Below, in pieces: positions 13,012 through 23,469 of a stretch of DNA of 64,000 bases; within the stretch, counting starts at the first letter, position 1, and every line of letters starts with the position of its first letter. The position numbers and the translations under genes are program-made. Origin of the DNA: Octopus vulgaris. Lineage: Eukaryota. The stretch covers positions 171,368,001-171,432,000 of the forward strand of contig OX597815.1 in the NCBI GenBank assembly GCA_951406725.2. The letters run 5' to 3'. The notes under the pieces are model-generated. The model ran no database searches. It had not been told where the DNA came from and saw only the letters and a program-made list of their open reading frames with translations.

Positions 13012-14282
13012 TAAATTCTCATATATATAATATTGTGAGTTGAAAACAACTTCGCTTGGGTGAGGTTATGTTAATATATTGATGCCAAAAACTGCCCCTA
13101 GGAAAGTCTAAAATCTAAAATCAAAAGGCAAAGTAAACCCTATTCTCGGAAGATAAGAGCAGTTATGTTAGGCGTGTACGTACTCCTCTTTAACGCCTGC
13201 TACTTGCACCAATAGACATGTTTCAATCTTGTCAAGTTTCGTAAGTGAAACATATTTATCTCAGTTGGTAAGGCCAAGAAGGCATGTATATTAATAAAAA
13301 TAGAAACAAAATAGTGAGGCTGCTTATGAATACCATAGGCTTGAAGGGACAATAATTCAGTGGAACATCCTGTATGCACAATATTAAAAGATTAAAGTCT
13401 CCTATCTGCAATGAATTCAATAGAAAAAATGATTTATATGCTAAGGTTATCATTACAATTGTAATACTTTTAAGTGCGTGTGGTAGGTGTATAGGAACTA
13501 TAATGAAATAATAAAGGGAGATAACTCCCGTCAACTGTACCGGATTTTGTGGGGAAGACAATACAGTTATTTCTGGAAAGTGTGAATATGCTTTATTCAT
13601 AAATTCTAAACAGGTAAAAAAATTCCTCTACTCTCTCTCTTTCTCTCTCTCTCTCTCTCACTCTCTCTCACTCACTCTCATTCTCTCTCTCTCTATCTGT
13701 GTATTTGTGTGTGCATGAATGTATATTACATTGTGTGTGTATAGTATGTACACTATATATACGCGTGCGTACGCACGCACAACACACACACACGCACACA
13801 CACACATACGCACACACACATATATCTGCATGTATGTATGTGTGTGTGTGTATATATATATATGTATATATATATTCATTTAATGCACATTGTTGAAATA
13901 AATGATATCTCTCACTGGATAGAGTACTTTTTTGTTGATCGTACGTGAACGGGTCAGTAAGCAATATATTTGTGTTTGTGTGAGTTGTGTGTACGTGTGT
14001 ATGTGTGTATGTATGTGTGTATGCATGTATGTAGGTATGTATGTATGTATGTATGTATGTATGTACGTATGTATGTAGGTATGTACGTATGTATGAATGT
14101 ATTTATGTGTGTATATATATATATATATTTGTATGTGTTGATTCACCAGAGGCGATAAATATGCGTTTCTTGAAACTTTCATTTCATATCTCAAAAAATA
14201 GTCAGGCAATGGATATTTTGTAAAGAAAACCAGGCTCGGTTTACCAACCTGATTGGAGCCTTCAAATTATAATGTGTGTGTG

Positions 14283-14322
<40 letters not shown>

Positions 14323-14382
14323 CGTGTGTGTGTGTATATACATATATATATACATATGTGTGTGTGTATATATATATAGATT

Positions 14383-14447
<65 letters not shown>

Positions 14448-14529
14448 TCGTGTGTGAAAACACACAGACACACATACACGCACAGACGCGCACACACAAT
14501 CATATACACACACACATATATATATACGG

Positions 14530-14588
<59 letters not shown>

Positions 14589-14662
14589 CATACATCTGTT
14601 CACATATATTGATACATACATGTGAATTTGTGTGTGTTTATGTGTGTGTATGTGCGTGCGTG

Positions 14663-14719
<57 letters not shown>

Positions 14720-14739
14720 TGTGTGTGTGTGTGTACGTG

Positions 14740-15480
14740 TTCTCTTTCTCTTTTGAATTCAGAGTAAAGTTTGACCTGCCATGTACTTGGTAGCAAAGCT
14801 GTGAAGGAAAGCATCTTGTTTTAACCATCATCCTTGAAATCATAAGAAGCGTCTTGCAGATTTACATTGTCCCTGATATCGTGGTCATTTGTAGAGTATA
14901 AATTAAGCATTTGCATTCTCTCCCGCAAGATCCCAGGTTCAAACAATCTTTCTTCCAGACTGGTTGGTGTATATTCGGTTGCTCCAATAACGATAGGTAT
15001 GAAGCCAAAAGCCTATCTTAGATACTGGACTTGTAATCTCCTTATCAATAGTCGATAGATGTTTTCTTTTTCTTGGATTTTCCGAACCCTATTGGTGTCC
15101 AGAAGGCAACTGATCTACACAACAAAACATATTTTCCCCTTGTGATCCCACACGTCAATATCTAGTTGGTTGTGTTTTAACTTGGTTGTTGTTTTGATTT
15201 TTAAATTACACCAATATCCTTTTGACCCCTCAGTCTCAATATAATCAACCTCGTCAGTGGATGATTTTATCATTCCGTTCCAGATCGTTCTGGCCACTGC
15301 ATCATGCCTCTTGTGGAAATAATATCTGGAAGACATCTCTTCCAGATGGCTAACGACACACATTCTGTATCCGATAAGTATTTGCGAAGGGAAGTCATCG
15401 CTCCCATCTCTAGCCATGACACAAAATGTGTACCGTTAGCCAGCTGGAAGAGATGTCTTCCTGGGGCTATAAACGTCAGC
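14740..15480 (-). mobile_element. Second R4-like LINE family fragment, decayed
   Basis: HLEEMSSRYYFHKRHDAVARTIW...KLKHNQLDIDVWD...CFVV, the zinc-knuckle/RHD/PD region of REL LINEs. Confidence 0.6.
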
Positions 15481-15672
15481 AGAACTGTCTCGATTAGTAT
15501 ATACCTAATGTATATGCGCGTCCATATATTCATGTGTACGAATAACTGTATATATTATATATATATATATACATATATAATATGAATTAGAAATAAAACC
15601 ACTATTAGGCAACTCAGACAGTGATAGACATAAACCAATACATAAATAACAAATAATAGATATATATATATA

Positions 15673-15735
<63 letters not shown>

Positions 15736-15896
15736 CATATATAATTTTTTTTCAAAATGTATAAAAAGAATGATAAATATAATATAATAAGTAAAAACAC
15801 TACGTACGTTTCATGGCTATAATTAAATTCGAATTACAATTAAGTTTAAATTCAATTTATATATATATATATATATATATACATACACACACACAT

Positions 15897-15979
<83 letters not shown>

Positions 15980-16010
15980 CATAGATACATACATACATAT
16001 ATATAAATAT

Positions 16011-16350
16011 AAGAAGAAGACCCCCTTCGGTCATGAATGACCATGGGATTGCACCTAGAGAGTTACCCTCCTAGACACAAGTCCGGGCAAGGTTGTTTAT
16101 GGAAGACCAGCAGTCGCCCATGCATACCGGCCTCCCCTCTCCACGCCACCAGTGTTATCCAAGGGAAAGACAAAGGTCGATACAGCTTGGCACCAGAGAC
16201 ATCGCAACTCATTTCTACAGCTGAGTGAACTGGAGCAACGTGAAATAAAGTGCCTTGCTCAAGAACACAACACGCAGCCCGGTCCGGGATTCGAGCTCAC
16301 AACCTCACGATCGTAAGCTCGACGCTCTAACCACTGAGCCATGCGCCTTC
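16011..16350 (-). mobile_element. tRNA/CORE-type SINE with a (CTT)n end
   Basis: Head GGCGCATGGCTCAGTGGTTAGAGCG...GTTCTTGAGCAAGGCACTTTATTTCACG (CORE-like); related heads at 58810-59040 (+) and about 388-490 (+). Confidence 0.8.
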
Positions 16351-16617
16351 ACATATACATATACATATATATATATATATACATATATACATTTATACAT
16401 ATATATATATACATAATTAATAATTAATAATAATTTTATTTTATCGCAATTTGAATTGTTTACATATTTCTCGATAAATTTTGAGCGTTAGACAATATAC
16501 CAGAAATCCCTAGTTTTGTCGGGACGTTCTGAGTCTGCGCAGTGATCTGATTAGTTAGAGAGAGCAAATCATTAGAAGCACATGCTTCTAGTGAGTTAGG
16601 ATCTCAGAACAACAGGG

Positions 16618-16691
16618 CTCTTACCGATGAATTCTCCCTGAGCAAATAAATTATCTTTATTGATGAAAAGAACGAAACTGCAGTCTAAGAG
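16618..16691 (+). ncRNA. Type I hammerhead ribozyme, CCGAUGA core variant
   Basis: Stem I CTCTTA/TAAGAG; CCGATGA; stem II TTCT...AGAA; GAAAC-TGCA-GTC (palindromic ACTGCAGT). Confidence 0.7.
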
Positions 16692-16948
16692 GAACCGAGT
16701 TAGTAAATGTTTTTATTTTCATTTCACTAAATTTATCTAGCTTCTGTGTTTCTAGCACATATTTCGCCTTTTAATGTACTGATATATGAATAATATATGG
16801 CCTGAGCTAGTTTCACCAGCGATAATAATTAATTTTATTTTATCGCAATTTGACTTGTTTATATACATATATATGTATATATACATATATGCACATATCT
16901 ATCTATCTATATATATATATTTGTATATTTATGTATACATATATATGC

Positions 16949-17006
<58 letters not shown>

Positions 17007-17297
17007 TTATGTATATATATATATATACATGCATATATATATGTATATATATATGTGAATTACAGGGTCTGTCATGCCCGGAGTCCAACTTTGATAGAAA
17101 TAAGCATTCTTGACTGCTATTTCTATTTTTTCGGTATGCGGTCAAGCAACCTGTTTTGCCTGTCCCTTTTTCTTATATACAATATATATACTGAACTTTA
17201 CAGAAGTTCTTGCCAGTAATCGGCTATATTTACATACCGAATTCTACCAGTAAATAATTGGGGTTTTTTTAAAAGCCTTTATAGAAATTATTTACTC

Positions 17298-17336
<39 letters not shown>

Positions 17337-17337
17337 T

Positions 17338-17372
<35 letters not shown>

Positions 17373-17381
17373 CTATATATG

Positions 17382-17429
<48 letters not shown>

Positions 17430-17521
17430 GTATATATATTTACATATATATACATATACATATATATATATATATATAAATATATGTATACGTATGTACA
17501 TATATATATACATACATATAA

Positions 17522-17591
<70 letters not shown>

Positions 17592-17791
17592 CCAGAATAA
17601 ACACGTAGAACATATGCGCTAACTTAAACTTGGGACTACAGATCAAAATAACCTCCATCCTACATCCGCTTCGGAGCAGAATTATCAACTAAGAAATCTA
17701 CTATTATGTAAGACTCACCATTCTTTGTCTTTACTCTCGTTACCAATGTATCCCTATGTCTTTGGCTCTTCTTACCTCTACATATGACTCT

Positions 17792-17845
17792 GCATTCCGA
17801 TGATGTCTACCACTAAAACTGGTAAACAGAAACGATCGTTAATGT
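17792..17845 (+). ncRNA. Type I hammerhead ribozyme, CCGAUGA core variant
   Basis: Stem I CATT/AATG; CCGATGA; stem II TGTcTACCA/TGGTAaACA; GAAAC-GATC-GTT (palindromic ACGATCGT). Confidence 0.7.
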
Positions 17846-17981
17846 ACTAATACTACCACTTTTCTTTATAGGTTAATTTAATTAATGGCTTACTAGTGTA
17901 AACGGCTAACCTCTTCCTGTTGGTTTTCCTCCATTTTCTTCTTGCATATATATACATCTATACATAATCTATACATACATG

Positions 17982-18052
<71 letters not shown>

Positions 18053-18054
18053 AC

Positions 18055-18089
<35 letters not shown>

Positions 18090-18106
18090 TGTATGTATGT
18101 ATAGAT

Positions 18107-18307
18107 CAGTGCTTTTCAATCTTTTTGCTGGAGCGGAACCCCAAGGAAACATTCCACTGGCTCGAGGAATCCCTATGCAATAATTTAATAGTCTTATGCA
18201 CACATATCTGCACAGGAGACTTTAAAATTACTGCCGATTTTAGCAGTTTTGTAATTTCTTGCGGAACCCCTGCACCGTACTGGCGGAACCCTGGTTGAAA
18301 ACCACTG
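18107..18307. mobile_element. Non-autonomous hAT (Charlie-like) MITE
   Basis: TIRs CAGTGCTTTTCAA / TTGAAAACCACTG; perfect 8-bp TSD GTATAGAT on both sides. Confidence 0.9.
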
Positions 18308-18476
18308 GTATAGATGTATATATATGCAAGAAGAAAAAATATATATATATACATATATATACACACACATGCATGTATACAAACATATATATATACATAC
18401 ATATATACATTCATACACATATATACATAGATACATGTATATATGTATATACATATACATATATACATACATATAC

Positions 18477-18549
<73 letters not shown>

Positions 18550-18992
18550 GATCCAATCCATTATTGGAACTGTAAAAGTCTGTAAAACTTTCTAATAGTT
18601 TATCATTTAAATATATATGACCAATTCTAGATATGCAACTATATACATGAGAATACGTACATAAAACTAAACATACAAATCTGCACATATAAATACGTAC
18701 ATACAAACAAACAAAGATGCCCTGTTTTTGATGTTGTAATTCCAATGCAATGAAAGGAGCCTTGGATCTAGGTTAGAAACCACCTCTTTCTCTAATAGCA
18801 AGAAATCTTGAAATAAAACTGAATAATGACACACACACAAACACACACACACACACAAACACACACATACATACATATCTATATATATATATATACATAT
18901 ATTATGAAGGACGGACGGACGAGGAAGGCGAAAGGACGGAGAGATGGAAGAACAAGAATATAAATTGAAACAGAAATATTTACGAGACTTAC

Positions 18993-19149
18993 ATTTGCGA
19001 CAGCATAAACTTGTATTCTCTTTCATTTTCTGGTGCCAGTACCACAGAATTATGTTCCTTGCACTTTTCTTCAGCATCTTGATAGATTCGTTGCTCATGG
19101 AAAAAACGGTAACATGACCCAAAATGGTGAGTCCATTCTAAAGGGCATA
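18993..19149 (-). CDS. Same gene, C-type lectin domain exon 1
   Basis: aaataag|TA...CAA AT|gtaagt, phase 1-2; CPLEWTHHFGSCYRFFHEQRIYQDAEEKCKEHNSVVLAPENEREYKFM (CP..W....GSCY.F......A...C). Confidence 0.9.
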
Positions 19150-19581
19150 CTTATTTCCCAGAAGATATGAAAAAGAAAACGTTACATACAACAGCACTTG
19201 TAACGTTATCGGGATTTTTATATTATATATTTGTTTGAGGACTTAATATTAATATGGATTAATATTGGTTTCAAATCTTAGCACACGGCCATCAGCTTTA
19301 GGGAAGAGGATAAATTGGATACATCCAGCCCAGTAGAATCGTTAGCACGCCGAGCAAAACGCATAACGGCATTTTGTCCGTCGTAACGTTCTGTGTTCAG
19401 ATTCTTCCGATGTCGACTTTGCTTTTCATCATTTAGGGCTTATTAAAATAAATGCCAGTTGAACACTGGTGTCGGTGTAATCCCGCGAAATTATTAGCCT
19501 TGTGCCAAAATTTGAAAAGAATATTATAAGTTTGCATATGCAAGATAATCAACTACATTCATTTATTTCTTACTTCTACTC

Positions 19582-19623
<42 letters not shown>

Positions 19624-19939
19624 CTATCTATATATCTCCTCGTGTTGTGTGTATATTTGTATATATTCGTGTAAATTATGCTTATAGAAAATCGATTCAT
19701 AATCTACACACACTCACTATGAGGCCTATCAATTCAAGATCTCATCGTTTCACAACAATTAGTGGATATATTTAAGATTTCCACGAATCTACTCGAAGCG
19801 TAAATTATGCTATTAAGTTCATATCATCATAGAAATTCAAAATATATTTCATATTGCCTCAGTGCATTTATTAACTCATTTACTAACGGTAAAATGACAC
19901 TGGCCGTTTCGCGCGCACACACACACACCTTCTGTATTC

Positions 19940-19975
19940 CTTTCTGTGGAAGAGCGAAGGCTCGAAACGTTAAAG
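19940..19975 (+). ncRNA. Minimal hammerhead-like motif, CUGUNGA core (second copy 59722-59757)
   Basis: CTTT-CTGTGGA-A-GAGC gaag GCTC-GAAACGTT-AAAG. Confidence 0.55.
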
Positions 19976-20160
19976 ACGTTTTCACTTCCCGAGCGTTATA
20001 CTAATACATCTGTTTGTTGTCTACGCCACTTGTCTTAGTCTTTTTTTTTTTGTGAATTCTCCCTATATATATATATATACGTTCAAAATGTGACCGCGTG
20101 TGTACCGTTGGCGATTTTTTTCCTCCGTCTTCCCTTCCTTGGATCTTTCCTTTTCCTATG

Positions 20161-20193
20161 TTTCTGACGAAGAGCTCCGCTCGAAACGTTAAA
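20161..20193 (+). ncRNA. Minimal type I hammerhead ribozyme (canonical core)
   Basis: TTT-CTGACGA-A-GAGC tcc GCTC-GAAACGTT-AAA; palindromic AACGTT helix III as in dimeric PLE hammerheads. Confidence 0.75.
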
Positions 20194-20294
20194 TCATCCT
20201 TCTTTATTTCCTTTCCAGAGCGTCCAATAACACTATACTTGTTCCACGTCCTCACGTTGTTATGTTTTCTCCTTGTGTTTTCATGTTTGGATTA

Positions 20295-20373
<79 letters not shown>

Positions 20374-20859
20374 CCAAATATTGGTTGGTAGGGATATATA
20401 GAATCCCAGTGGGTGCCGTAGACATTTTTGCCGACTATTAATGTTGGCTAACCTCAGTGAGTATATAAAAAATCTCCAGTTAGTTTGGTTTACTAATCTC
20501 CACATCGATAGATCCATATGTCTCTATATAGACTGCATGTTGTTTGGTAGAGAAGGTAATGAATTTATAATAAAGGCGAACAGAGACTTATATCTAGTTT
20601 TATTCAGCAGTTAACTATACTTTTCATTTCTGCACTTCCACGTTTATGCAGCAACTAATACACACTGCCAAATTTGTCGCGTTTTCAGGGTGGAGTCAAC
20701 TGCATTGTTGAGGTAGAATCTAAATTCAAATTCAGCCGAGGTCGACTTTGACTTTGACCATCTCAAGATCGATAAAATAAGTACCAGTTGAACACTGAAG
20801 TCGATGTAATGGACTCATCCCCTCCTCCAAAATGGCTGCCCTTGTAGCAAAATTTAAAT

Positions 20860-21570
20860 CAATTATTATTATTACTCATTTTGCTGTTTCTATGTCTTAG
20901 GTTACTATTTTCTTTCTGAAAATTTGTTAATACTATGCTACTCTTTTTAGAAATTTTGTTTCTCTGTTTATATGCTTGGATGATGTTTACAGCAGTTATT
21001 TCCCTTCGTTCGTTTTCCTTTGTTTTTTTCTCCATTTGTTTCATTGCTATTAAGTAACATATTTATGTTATAGTCAATCTGCTTATCGTAGAAATAATTT
21101 AATCTTTCCGTATATTGCGCAGCTATTATTTGTGCTATGTTCGTTGAGTTCGAATACGCTATTCTTACTAAGGTCGAGCTGAAGATTCTATAATTCTTGC
21201 TACCTTTAGGAAAATATTTATTTATCGTCGAATAAAATAATTTCGGAATATTCGTGCTAATTTGTTCACCAAATGGGATAATAAACCATTCAGTATTATT
21301 AATAGGACTATAATTGACTTCCTTCGTTAAAATTACATTTATTTCTTTCATGGATAGTGCAGGGAAAATAGTAGAAAATGTTTCATCACGTATTTCAAAC
21401 CTATCAGCAGACGAAGAAGTATTCAAACAAAACGAAGACTATTATAACCTAGCACTTAGTAAGGCAGAATATAAGCAAAAGCTGAAATCTAACAAAAACA
21501 AAAGCGTAGATCCAGACAACGAGATTAATAAAGAAAATAACTTAAGCTCGAAGCTAATAAAAAATTCTTT
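20860..21570. mobile_element. Old Penelope-like RT/thumb fragments in opposite orientations
   Basis: Minus: WFIIPFGEQISTNIPKLF...YFP...IFS...IAYS...NIAQII. Plus: SRISNLSADEEVF...YYNLALSKAEY. These are consecutive PLE segments, inverted near 21345. Confidence 0.65.
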
Positions 21571-22130
21571 AATTACCCCCGCCTTAGCGAAGGCGGAGGT
21601 ATTGTTTTCAGTTGTCTTTGTTTGTTTGTCCTTGGACAAGATATCTCGAGAACCGCTGAATGGATTCAGATGAAACTTTCAGGAATGCTTGGCTTCGTGA
21701 CTGGCAAGAAATGATTAGATTGTAGGATCGATCCGGTACCGCACAAGGATTTTGGATTATTTGTTATATTTACTTTACGATCTTAGTTAACTTTCAAGTC
21801 TTTCTCAATTATCTCCCTTTATGCTGTAACTTTTCTGAATGGTGAATTTGCTAACTTTAGGTTGTATTAGACAAGGATAAACTATTTATTACTGTTACTA
21901 AATTTTCTACAACCACCTTCACATTTCATGACTACCAATGGGATTGATCAGGTGCCGGACAAGGAGTCTGGATTATTTTCCCGGTTTTTTAACTTAACTT
22001 TTGAGAGAGGTCGGGCTCGTTTTTAGTATTCCCGTTTGTGAGAGCAGCCAGGTTCATTTCAGATATTACCATTTTAAAAATCCCCTCTGTCTAATCGTTG
22101 AGAGGACGTTGGTGTTGCTTTGGCAGAGGC
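21570..22130 (+). mobile_element. Helentron-associated (HINE/DINE-like) non-autonomous element
   Basis: 5' taattacccccgccttagcgaaggcggaggtattgtttt (subTIR plus inverted repeat) and 3' ttggcagagg subTIR remnant. Confidence 0.5.
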
Positions 22131-22651
22131 AACCAAAATATCTCAATTACGCAAACGTAAACAAAATTACTATTTAGCCTTAAAAATACATCGTACATAT
22201 TCAAAAAACTTTCTTGGTTTAGTGGTGCGGAACATTCTTCCGCTATTCTTTTATTCTTTTACTTGTTCCAATCATTTGACGGTGGCCATGCTGGAGCATA
22301 ACCCTTTAATTGAAGAAATCGACCCATGGACTTATTCCCTGTAAGCCTGGTGTTTATTCTATCAGACTCTTCTGCTGAACAGCTAAGACGTCAACATGCT
22401 CATCCCTCGTCAGTTGTCGGCCTAAAAATCATCACAATTTCGCCCCCATTAAATAAATATATGTGCGTGCGTATATGTGTATGTGTGTCTATGTATGCAT
22501 GCATGTATGTATATATGCATGTATGCATGTATATATACATACATGCATGTATGTATGTATGTATGTATGTATGTATGTATGTATGTATGTATGTATGCAT
22601 GCATGCATGCATGTATGTACGTGCGTATGAATTCAGAAAGCTTCAACTTAC

Positions 22652-22825
22652 TACCACACATACTTCCCATATTCCAACGACTATTCGAGAGACAACTAGC
22701 GTTTTGCTGCCATTCTTTGTTCTGATGGCAGTAAATCGAGATTGTTTCACCGACATTATATCTTTTCTTCTTCAGATAAAACACCTCACCATCGGTAATT
22801 CTTGGTGCCAAACATTTCCGCTTAC
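22652..22825 (-). CDS. Same gene, CCP/sushi exon
   Basis: cttaaag|GT...GGT A|gtaagt, 174 nt; KCLAPRITDGEVFYLKKKRYNVGETISIYCHQ...ASCLSNSRWNMGSMC (four Cys, Y.VG+.+...C, C..+..W). Confidence 0.85.
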
Positions 22826-23179
22826 CTTTAAGAAAACAAAATTCAGGAAACTTAAAACAATAAAAGCTGTACATGGTGTTGATATTAATTTCTTTGTTTT
22901 TAAATTCGAATTTATATATGTATATGTGTGTGTGTGTGTGCGTGCGTATGTGTGTGGGGGTGAGAGAGAGAGAGAGAGAGAGAGCGAGAGCTAGTGTGTG
23001 TGTTTCTCATTCTTTCTCGCCTTTTTTCAGAGAGCAGCTATGTTGTATATTGGCCTTGATTGGTTGCTCGGAAGTACGAACCAGCTTCATCAAGCAACGT
23101 TAGTGGTTTTCTTATCAACGTATTGGAGAAGAATACAAGTGGTTAATATATCTTCGTTAGTTTGTGACTAACAATTACA

Positions 23180-23218
<39 letters not shown>

Positions 23219-23371
23219 AAATGGGACAAGAAGGGAAAACATTCAAATAGACGATACAAAAGACACGGATGGGTCATTCGAAGCCTCTAATCTTCAGTCA
23301 AGAACCGGATCATTGTATATATATATACAAACACGTTCATTTATATATATATATGTATATGTATATGTATG

Positions 23372-23457
<86 letters not shown>

Positions 23458-23469
23458 TGTATGTATGTA

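Noticed and set aside
19075-19126. Plus-strand exon-like segment (ttcttcag|...|gtgagt) suggesting a nested gene
   Set aside because: It is the antisense of the CTLD exon; no other plus-strand exons were found
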